Shown here: positions 57,485 to 64,000 of the stretch, piece after piece
Numbering within the stretch: position 1 is the stretch's first letter
Layout: every line of letters starts with the position of its first letter
Assembly: GCA_963674825.1 (NCBI GenBank)
Contig: OY771587.1
Coordinates: 2,432,001-2,496,000 of the forward strand
Reading direction: 5' to 3'
From: Candidatus Cloacimonadales bacterium
Lineage (GTDB): Bacteria > Cloacimonadota > Cloacimonadia > Cloacimonadales > JAIOQZ01
DNA: 64,000 nucleotides
Program-made: the position numbers and the translations under genes
Notes under the pieces: generated by a model
What the model was told of the DNA's origin: nothing
Databases searched by the model: none
What the model saw: only the letters and a program-made list of their open reading frames with translations

Positions 57485-59257
57485 ATGAGTTTACGAGATA
57501 TACTGTCACCGTTTTACGTCTGGAAACGCGCGTTTTCCAAGCCGTTTGTCGTAGATAAACCGCTGGATGAACGTCCCGGCGCACCGCGCTACCGTGGATT
57601 TCACAAGAACGACATGGAGAAGTGCATTGGCTGCGGAACCTGCTCGGATATCTGCCAGAATGCGGCGATCGATATGGTGCCCGTGGAAGGACAGGAAACC
57701 ACCAAAGGCGACAGCGGACTGCGTCCGATGATCGATTACGGTCGTTGCTGCTGGTGCGCGCTGTGTGTTGATGTCTGCACGACCGGTTCGCTGACGATGT
57801 CCAACGAATATACCTGGGTGGATACGGACGCGGACGTTTTCCGGTTTGTCCCTGGTGCTGAAGAAAAGCCGTGGGATAGCGCGGAGCTTGGTTACCAACG
57901 GGCTGATAATTATTCATTATTGCATCATGACCGCATTTCGATGCCAATGGAAGATTTCGATGAGGGGATTCATTCATTCGTGGAGATGGTCAAGGGCTAT
58001 TCCAGAGAACAGGCGCAGAAAGAAGCAGATCGGTGCGTGCAGTGCGGAATTTGCGTAGCTGCCTGCCCTGCCCATATGGATATCCCGGACTATATCAAGG
58101 CAGTGCGGGAGGGTGATCTGGAGGAGGGGCTCCGGTTACTCTACCGCACCAATCCGATGAGTGCAACCTGTGGTCGTATATGTACGCATAAGTGCGAAGA
58201 AAGCTGCGCGATGGGGCATCTGGGCGATCCGATCTCCATTCGCTGGCTCAAACGCTACATCATCGACCAGATTCCCGATAACGAGTTCGGCAGGATTTTG
58301 AACGAGGAATTTGCGCCCAACGGCAAGAAAGTCTCCATTATCGGTGGCGGTCCCGGCGGTTTAGCGGCCGCGTACTACCTCATCCTGATGGGATACGAAG
58401 TCACGATCTACGAGTCACGTTCGAAGGCCGGCGGTATGCTGCGTTACGGCGTTCCGGAGTACCGGCTTCCCGAGCTTCAGCTCGACAGAGACATCGACCA
58501 TGTCGTGAAGCTGGGCGTGAAGATGATGTACAATACACGCGTCGGCAAGGATATTGACTTCAAGAAACTGCATGAGGAATCAGACGCGATTTTCATCGCG
58601 ATCGGATTGGATCAGCCTTATTACATGGGCATCGAAGGCGAGGACCTGCCGGGTGTGATTCCCGGACTGAAGCTTCTGGACGACGTAACCGAAGGACGTG
58701 ACCCGGATATCGGAAAACGAGTGGCTGTCATCGGTGGCGGTAATGTGGCGATGGATGCCTGTCGGGTGTCACGGCGTCTGGGCTGCGATGTGACGCTGCT
58801 CTACCGCAGACGTGAGGAAGATATGCCGGCGGACGAAGAGGAAATCCACGATTCGAAGATGGAAGGCGTGAACATCGTCACGCAGGCTATCCCCATCAAA
58901 ATCGAGAAGGGCGACCCGCTGACGTTCGTATGGGGCGAGGCAAAGATGGTCGATCAGGGTCCCGGTAAACGGCCGAATCCCGAGCTGATGGAAGACCGAA
59001 TCCACAACGATCCGTTCGATACGATTATCAGTGCGATTGGTCAAGGTGGCGATTTCCGATTTATACCCGAGAATCTCGCAGAATCCGTGAAGGTCAAGCG
59101 CGGTAAGATATTCACTTATGAATGGAACCAGACCGGCGATGCAAAAGTCTTCGCTGGTGGGGATATCGCCAACAGTACCGCCGACGCGATCAGCGCGATC
59201 GCGGATGGTCATCGTGCTGCCAAGGGCATTGACATGCTACTGAAAGGCAAATTATAG
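57485..59257 (+). CDS. NuoI/MbxN-like 2x[4Fe-4S] domain fused to a GltD/NfnB-like FAD/NADP(H) oxidoreductase
   Basis: YRGFH...CIGCGTCSDIC...DYGRCCWCALCVDVC, then RCVQCGICVAACP, CGRICTHKCEESC, GGGPGG, GGMLRYGVPEYRLP, GGGNVAMD...YRRR, FAGGD. Confidence 0.9.
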   Translation: MSLRDILSPFYVWKRAFSKPFVVDKPLDERPGAPRYRGFHKNDMEKCIGCGTCSDICQNAAIDMVPVEGQETTKGDSGLRPMIDYGRCCWCALCVDVCTTGSLTMSNEYTWVDTDADVFRFVPGAEEKPWDSAELGYQRADNYSLLHHDRISMPMEDFDEGIHSFVEMVKGYSREQAQKEADRCVQCGICVAACPAHMDIPDYIKAVREGDLEEGLRLLYRTNPMSATCGRICTHKCEESCAMGHLGDPISIRWLKRYIIDQIPDNEFGRILNEEFAPNGKKVSIIGGGPGGLAAAYYLILMGYEVTIYESRSKAGGMLRYGVPEYRLPELQLDRDIDHVVKLGVKMMYNTRVGKDIDFKKLHEESDAIFIAIGLDQPYYMGIEGEDLPGVIPGLKLLDDVTEGRDPDIGKRVAVIGGGNVAMDACRVSRRLGCDVTLLYRRREEDMPADEEEIHDSKMEGVNIVTQAIPIKIEKGDPLTFVWGEAKMVDQGPGKRPNPELMEDRIHNDPFDTIISAIGQGGDFRFIPENLAESVKVKRGKIFTYEWNQTGDAKVFAGGDIANSTADAISAIADGHRAAKGIDMLLKGKL

Positions 59258-59281
59258 ATTCGTACAAATCCACTCAAAAAG

Positions 59282-59312
59282 AAAAACGGCTCCTAGCACT
59301 GGGAGCCGTTTT
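59282..59312. terminator. Bidirectional intrinsic terminator between the mbx-like operon and tetR
   Basis: AAAAACGGCTCCTAG-CA-CTGGGAGCCGTTTT, with A- and T-runs on either side. Confidence 0.85.
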
Positions 59313-59329
59313 CTATGAAGGTTGAATAA

Positions 59330-59950
59330 TTATGATTGGATGCGGGTTCCGTAGCGAATAATGTCGATCGCCTGCTTTTTCAGATCTTCAAGCGAGACAG
59401 TATCGCGGTGGATGGACCACAGAGTCAGGAAAAAATCGACAGTACCGAAGATGATGTAAGTTAACGCCTGAGTCTTCATTGGGCGAATTACTCCGGCTTC
59501 AACGGCATCATCGCAGAGCTTTTGCAGGAAATTCAGATAGCCCTGTAACGGCCAGTAGTCGGGATAGCGTTCGTAGAACTCTGGACTTTGCCGGAGTTCG
59601 ACCGCCATGAACTTGGCGATGTGCGGGTTTTCTGTGAACAGCTCGATATGGAGATCAAAGAACTTATCGAGCCTTGCAGCCGGGCTGTCTTCCTGGTTCA
59701 CGCGGGTAGTGATACTTTTAAGCTTGTCTTCGAATAGGTGCTCAAACGCCTTCATGAGCAGTTCGTCTTTGTTTTTAAAATACAGATAAACTGTTCCATC
59801 TGCGACCCGCGCCTGTTTGGCTATTTCAGAAATTTTCGCGCGGTGGAATCCTTTCTTCGCAAATGTCTCAATCGCCGCTTCAATAATTGCTTTCCGTTTC
59901 TTCTCTTGTTTCTTCGTCATTCGTTCCGAATGTTTGGTGATTTTACGCAC
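59330..59950 (-). CDS. TetR/AcrR family regulator (FadR/YsiA-like)
   Basis: IIEAAIETFAKKGFH...IAKQARVADGTVYLYFKNKDELL; GTG start behind GAGGAGG. Confidence 0.93.
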   Translation of the reverse strand: MRKITKHSERMTKKQEKKRKAIIEAAIETFAKKGFHRAKISEIAKQARVADGTVYLYFKNKDELLMKAFEHLFEDKLKSITTRVNQEDSPAARLDKFFDLHIELFTENPHIAKFMAVELRQSPEFYERYPDYWPLQGYLNFLQKLCDDAVEAGVIRPMKTQALTYIIFGTVDFFLTLWSIHRDTVSLEDLKKQAIDIIRYGTRIQS

Positions 59951-60093
59951 GACTTACCTCCTCAACCTTACCGGTACAACACTTGAGATAACTATTAATC
60001 AGTCAATGCATTTGTTTCCGGTTAAGGAAATATTAACATTTTATTGTCTGCCACTTTCGTGGCCTTGCTTTCCGTAACAGAGTCTCCATACTA

Positions 60094-60122
60094 AATATAT
60101 AGCTGAATTACAATTCAGTCAA
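60094..60122 (-). promoter_or_regulatory. Sigma70 promoter of tetR with a palindromic operator between -35 and -10
   Basis: Minus strand TTGACT-17 nt-TATATT enclosing the palindrome CTGAATT-GT-AATTCAG (60103-60118). Confidence 0.6.
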
Positions 60123-60136
60123 TCTCAAATCCTATA

Positions 60137-61045
60137 TTATTCTGTGATAATATCGCTGCTTTCCCGTAGCTTCTCTTTATTAATATCTTCCCTAAGTTTG
60201 CCATTATGGATAATACTGGTTATTTCCGCACCAATGAAAATTATCTGGATCGTATAGTAGAGCCAAAATAACATCAGGAGGATAGAACCTGCTGTTCCGT
60301 AAAGAGATCCGATCATGCTCCTGGACAGGTAAAAGCCGATGAGATGCTGGCCGATAAGGAAAAGGATTGTTGTTGTGATCGCCCCTGGAATAACCTCGCG
60401 CCATCGTGTGCTGGAGGAGGGAAGATAGTGGAATATCACAACGAATAGCAGGGTAATGATCAGGAATCCACCGGCAACGTTCAGCGTTTCAAGCATACCG
60501 GGGAAGCCCGGCAGAAGCCTGTCGAGATAATGAACGATGGTCGTGATGAACGTGCTTACAAAGATTACCAGAACTACCAGAAAGCCGATGCCGACAACGA
60601 TGAGAATCGAATAGAAACGTTCGATGAGCCCGTGCATGATGGGATTGCGTGATTTGGCTGGAACCTCGAGGATTGTGTTCATGGCGTCACGGAGTTGGAA
60701 AAAGACCCGTGATGCACCGAATAGCAAGATAATGAACCCGAAGAAAGCCGCCAGGAGATTTGGGAAACTGGCTGTCTGCTTGCTCAGGAAGTATTTGATA
60801 ACTTCTTCCGATTGCGGTCCGAGTGTGCCTCTGATTCTCTCGAGTAGTGCGATACGTGCAGATTCCTCGCCGTAGAAAAATCCGGCGATTGAAATGGCGA
60901 TAAGCGCGAGCGGAGCCAGGGAGAACAGGGTGTAAAACGAGACTGCCGCTGCAATGGCGGAGTTCTTGTGTTTGGCCCAGTTATCCAGGATTCGGTTGAG
61001 CATATGCCACGTGTTATTCAGTTTATGCTTTAGATTCAGTCTCAT
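60137..61045 (-). CDS. YihY/virulence factor BrkB family membrane protein
   Basis: AAAVSFYTLFSLAP; GASRVFFQLRDAMN; YGTAGSILLMLFWLYY...GAE. Confidence 0.92.
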   Translation of the reverse strand: MRLNLKHKLNNTWHMLNRILDNWAKHKNSAIAAAVSFYTLFSLAPLALIAISIAGFFYGEESARIALLERIRGTLGPQSEEVIKYFLSKQTASFPNLLAAFFGFIILLFGASRVFFQLRDAMNTILEVPAKSRNPIMHGLIERFYSILIVVGIGFLVVLVIFVSTFITTIVHYLDRLLPGFPGMLETLNVAGGFLIITLLFVVIFHYLPSSSTRWREVIPGAITTTILFLIGQHLIGFYLSRSMIGSLYGTAGSILLMLFWLYYTIQIIFIGAEITSIIHNGKLREDINKEKLRESSDIITE

Positions 61046-61093
61046 ACTAAAATCGTGGTATTGGACTGAAACTCGTCAAGGAAAACGATATAG

Positions 61094-61441
61094 TCAAGTG
61101 AGATAGTCGTTAGAGGTTGCTCCTGATGAATCAGGTAGTGGACGATTTAGGGCCAGATAATCCTGGATGCGTTGATGGATTCGCATGACTTCCTGGTGAA
61201 TTTTCCCGCGATCAGCTTTCGAGTATTCCTGCAGTACGTTGATTATCTCGCGGTCTTTCATGTTGATGGTGAAGCATAGCATGCGGATGTTGTTCTGCTG
61301 GATATCGAGAATTTCGCTAACATCATCGATATCGCACAAGTTCACTATTCGGTCTTCTGACAGGTTGATAGATTCATACATTGATTCGTTCCGTTTCCTT
61401 TTATTGCTGTGTAATGCATACATAATGCCAGAAGTTGACAA
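61094..61441 (-). CDS. Hypothetical protein (start uncertain; ATGs at 61423 and 61381 are alternatives)
   Basis: Fills the gap on the same strand as its neighbours with protein-like composition; no family recognised. Confidence 0.5.
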   Translation of the reverse strand: MSTSGIMYALHSNKRKRNESMYESINLSEDRIVNLCDIDDVSEILDIQQNNIRMLCFTINMKDREIINVLQEYSKADRGKIHQEVMRIHQRIQDYLALNRPLPDSSGATSNDYLT

Positions 61442-61520
61442 GGGTTAACGTGTTCGTAAATGCAAAAGATATAGGCGATTAGCTTGATCGCCATTGTGGG
61501 GGAACACTATCTGCAATCCT

Positions 61521-61560
61521 TCAAAATGCACGACCCGATCAAAATGACCGATCAAAATGA
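61521..61560. repeat. Tandem 13-nt direct repeat plus a third partial copy; candidate activator binding sites
   Basis: CCGATCAAAATGA twice (61535-61560); the TCAAAATG core also occurs at 61521. Confidence 0.6.
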
Positions 61561-61598
61561 CGCAAGGGGATCTAGGTTATCTTACTATGAGTGAATTA

Positions 61599-63731
61599 TC
61601 AAGACAGGTTACTCGTATCGATTCCCCGAAGCTTACGCTGTATGGTGGAGTACGATATGCCGAGTAGCTTAGCGGCATTGGTCTGGTTGTTGTCAGTACG
61701 CCGAAGCGCTTCCAGGATCAGCCGTTTTTCCATCTCTTCCATAGTCCCAAAGAAAGTTCCCTGCACCTCGGCTTCGGCTGCCGGTGCGCATTCGAGGTTG
61801 AAAAGTTCCGGTTCAAGCGTATCGCCCTTGAGCATGATCATGGCTTTTTCGACCATATTGCGAAGCTCGCGGACGTTTCCTGGGAAATGGTATGCTTTCA
61901 GCTTTTCGAGCAACAACGGTGAGTAGTTGGGAGTGGGCTTTCTGAGGATACGTGCGTAGTCTTCGATGTAGAACTGAAGGAGCGGTTCGATGTCGTCCTT
62001 GCGTTCACGGAGTGGAGGAATATGGATTTCGATGGTATTGATGCGGTAGAGGAGATCGGCGCGGAAGATATTGTCCTTGATCAGCCGTGTGATATCTTTA
62101 TTGGTAGCAGCGATCAGCCTGAAATCAATCTGAATCTCCTGGTTGGAACCGACTTTTTTGACGCGTTTATTCTCAAGTACACGAAGGAATTTGGCTTGGA
62201 GGGCAGGCGGAGTATCAGCGATTTCATCGAGGAACAGCGTGCCGCTATTTGCCTCTTCGATGTATCCGGTTTTTTCGGTAATTGCGCCTGTAAACGCGCC
62301 TTTCACATGCCCGAAGAATTCGCTTTCGACAAGCCCGTCCGGGATTGCGCTGCAATTTACAGGTACAATGAGGTAATCTTTGCGCTTGCTGGCGTAGTGG
62401 ATGATGTGCGCAATGATTTCTTTACCCGTTCCGCTTTCACCGGTAATCAGGACGCTGGTTTCCGGATGACTGGCTGCGGTCATGGCAAGATCGAGCACTT
62501 GGCGGATAGCCTGGCTGCATCCGATGAAATTCATCTTCATACTGCGCTTGAGCGCGTCGGAGATAAGGGAGTTGTGCTTGCGAGTTTCTTGCAATTCCCG
62601 GTTTGTCTGCTCGAATTTCTGCTGAAGGGATGTAAGTTTATCTGTGAGATCTTTGCTGAAAGTCTCTTCCCGGTAACCTACGTATTGTTTGTAGAGGTCG
62701 AGAGCCTTGCTGTAGTCTTCTTGCAGCTCGCTTATTTCGCTGAGCAATTTGTACGATTCCTGAATGGTGTCTTTCTCGCCGATTTCAAGTGCGAGCTTCA
62801 AGCTCTGATTGAGATGTCTTTCAGCATGCTCGAAATCCTTTATTTTTTTATACACGGTTCCGATGTGTTTGTGAAACACCGGCAAGTAACGGGTGAACTT
62901 GAATTTGTGGCAGAGCTTCTGTGCTTGGAGGTATTGTTTCAGCGCTTGTGGGTAGTCTTCGAGGTCTTCATATACACCGCCGATGTTATTCGTCAGGACG
63001 GTGATCATCGTGTGATCGTTGATGCGCTCAGCGTAATGGAGTGCTTCCTGGTAATATTCGAGTGTTTTTCGTGGATCTTCCTGACTGTACGAAACCCCGA
63101 GATTATTCAACCCCTGTATGATACCGATATCGTGGCCGGCTTCCTTCATGATCTCGATTGCCTTGGTAAGATGCTCGCGCGATTTATCGACTTGATTCAG
63201 GATTCCGTAGATAACGCCGAGCGATTCGAATGTGCTGCCGTAATCGATGAAACAGCTGGAACCTTTGACGAGCATTCCCTTTTCGCGCAAGCGTTCGAAA
63301 TATTCCATAGCCTCCATGAAGCAGTTTAGCGCTTCCGTGTGATTGCCGCGGAAGCGATTGATCGCGCCGCGCGTAATCAGCGCATTTGAGATACCTTCGA
63401 GATGATTCATCTGCTTGTAGATAGCATATGCTTCATCGATATCGCTGAAAGCCATCTCGAAATTCCCCATACGGTTATATAGCTTGCCGCGGAGCAGGAT
63501 CACCTCTGCATATTTCAACATCTTGCCAAGCTGCTTTTGCAGCTCCATGTTTATATCCAGATAACGAATCGCTTCGTCGTTTTTACTTCGGCGATATAGG
63601 AAAATGACAATGTCGTCATAGGCTTTGGTCAGGCGCACATTGTCTTTAGCACGCTTGGCGAGAGTAATCTCGTTTTCGAACGATTCGAGCGTTGGTTGCT
63701 TATTTATATTCTGCTGATTCATGATTATCAC
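61599..63731 (-). CDS. TPR-domain sigma54-dependent transcriptional activator (AAA+ and Fis HTH)
   Basis: N-terminal TPR array; GESGTGKE, ESEFFGHVKGAFTGA, LFLDEI, FRADLLYRI, FPGNVRELRN, NQTNAAKLLGIS. Start may be ATG 63722. Confidence 0.94.
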   Translation of the reverse strand: MIIMNQQNINKQPTLESFENEITLAKRAKDNVRLTKAYDDIVIFLYRRSKNDEAIRYLDINMELQKQLGKMLKYAEVILLRGKLYNRMGNFEMAFSDIDEAYAIYKQMNHLEGISNALITRGAINRFRGNHTEALNCFMEAMEYFERLREKGMLVKGSSCFIDYGSTFESLGVIYGILNQVDKSREHLTKAIEIMKEAGHDIGIIQGLNNLGVSYSQEDPRKTLEYYQEALHYAERINDHTMITVLTNNIGGVYEDLEDYPQALKQYLQAQKLCHKFKFTRYLPVFHKHIGTVYKKIKDFEHAERHLNQSLKLALEIGEKDTIQESYKLLSEISELQEDYSKALDLYKQYVGYREETFSKDLTDKLTSLQQKFEQTNRELQETRKHNSLISDALKRSMKMNFIGCSQAIRQVLDLAMTAASHPETSVLITGESGTGKEIIAHIIHYASKRKDYLIVPVNCSAIPDGLVESEFFGHVKGAFTGAITEKTGYIEEANSGTLFLDEIADTPPALQAKFLRVLENKRVKKVGSNQEIQIDFRLIAATNKDITRLIKDNIFRADLLYRINTIEIHIPPLRERKDDIEPLLQFYIEDYARILRKPTPNYSPLLLEKLKAYHFPGNVRELRNMVEKAMIMLKGDTLEPELFNLECAPAAEAEVQGTFFGTMEEMEKRLILEALRRTDNNQTNAAKLLGISYSTIQRKLRGIDTSNLS

Positions 63732-63832
63732 ATCCTGGATTGACTTTGATTCACAACGCGAACGATTTACAAGATTTCATAATCTGTCAAGCCGGATATT
63801 GTGAATTTTCGCAGAATGAGTGGTTTGGGCGA

Positions 63833-64000
63833 TTAGAACTCGGCTCGTATTTCTAGAGTCATCTCGTGAGTGGTTTCGTCATCAGGATAGGAATCACCGG
63901 AATACTGGAAGCTGGCACTGGTGAACTGGTTGACCTTGTAGGAGAGGTTCAGGCTCCACTCGAAGATATCGCCTTCGCGTTTATCCGCGAGATAGACAAG
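63833..64000 (-). CDS. 3' fragment of a probable outer-membrane beta-barrel protein, truncated by the window edge
   Basis: Open frame LVYLADKREGDIFEWSLNLSYKVNQFTSASFQYSG...HEMTLEIRAEF*, with amphipathic strands and a terminal Phe (beta-signal-like). Confidence 0.55.
   Translation of the reverse strand, partial: LVYLADKREGDIFEWSLNLSYKVNQFTSASFQYSGDSYPDDETTHEMTLEIRAEF

Noticed and set aside
48657..59257. Group 4 [NiFe]-hydrogenase (Mbh/Ech) or canonical NADH:quinone oxidoreductase
   Set aside because: The large subunit has no CxxC Ni-binding motifs, there is no NuoEFG or NuoA/J in the operon, and the quinone-site RxDY motif is absent.
61450..61500. Sigma54 promoter for the small ORF downstream of the activator
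   Set aside because: TTTTGCA is present but the -24 position reads CC rather than GG.
61521..61560. CRISPR array or mobile-element end
   Set aside because: Only two adjacent 13-nt copies with no spacers, and no cas, transposase or integrase genes anywhere in the window.
62022..63329. 435-aa plus-strand ORF
   Set aside because: Antisense shadow of the sigma54 activator with no motifs.
1..64000. tRNA/rRNA genes, selenocysteine recoding or programmed frameshifts
   Set aside because: No cloverleaf or rRNA-like segments seen by eye, and the recognised genes appear full length with no in-frame stops needing recoding. A tRNAscan-SE/Infernal run would be needed to exclude RNAs formally.

Overview
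Bacterial chromosomal window of about 55 protein-coding genes. I saw no rRNA, tRNA, CRISPR array, transposase or prophage. The gene content (C25 and C10 peptidases with FlgD-Ig/T9SS-type C-terminal sorting domains, a TPR-sigma54 activator, anaerobic Fe-S oxidoreductases) suggests a diderm anaerobe, most plausibly Candidatus Cloacimonadota or another FCB-related lineage; this is an inference. In order: the 3' end of a sigma70 factor; pstSCAB-phoU; a 1738-aa C25 gingipain-like secreted protein; a TM1266-like regulator, cardiolipin synthase, patatin and an ABC-F ATPase; a NuoE/NuoF/GltD-NuoG triad matching the StnABC/NfnABC electron-bifurcating transhydrogenase architecture; a REP-like palindrome cluster; AhpD-like and CDF genes; a methyltransferase-LpoB-COG3014-LPP20 cluster; kbl; a C10 peptidase; csoR-copA-copZ-czcD; a SiaABC-like partner-switch module whose fourth gene is a double-HisKA PAS kinase instead of the SiaD diguanylate cyclase; a TPR-PAS hybrid kinase and an HDOD protein; a 12-gene Mrp/Mbx-type membrane complex; TetR; YihY; a TPR-sigma54 activator; and the end of a probable outer-membrane protein. 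The best candidate for an uncharacterised system is the Mbx-type complex. Its NuoD-like subunit lacks NiFe, quinone and sulfane-reductase signatures, and its NuoI-like subunit is fused to a GltD/NfnB-like FAD/NADP(H) domain, consistent with an ion-translocating ferredoxin:NADP+ oxidoreductase that could work together with the Stn-type enzyme. The rewired Sia module is the second candidate.
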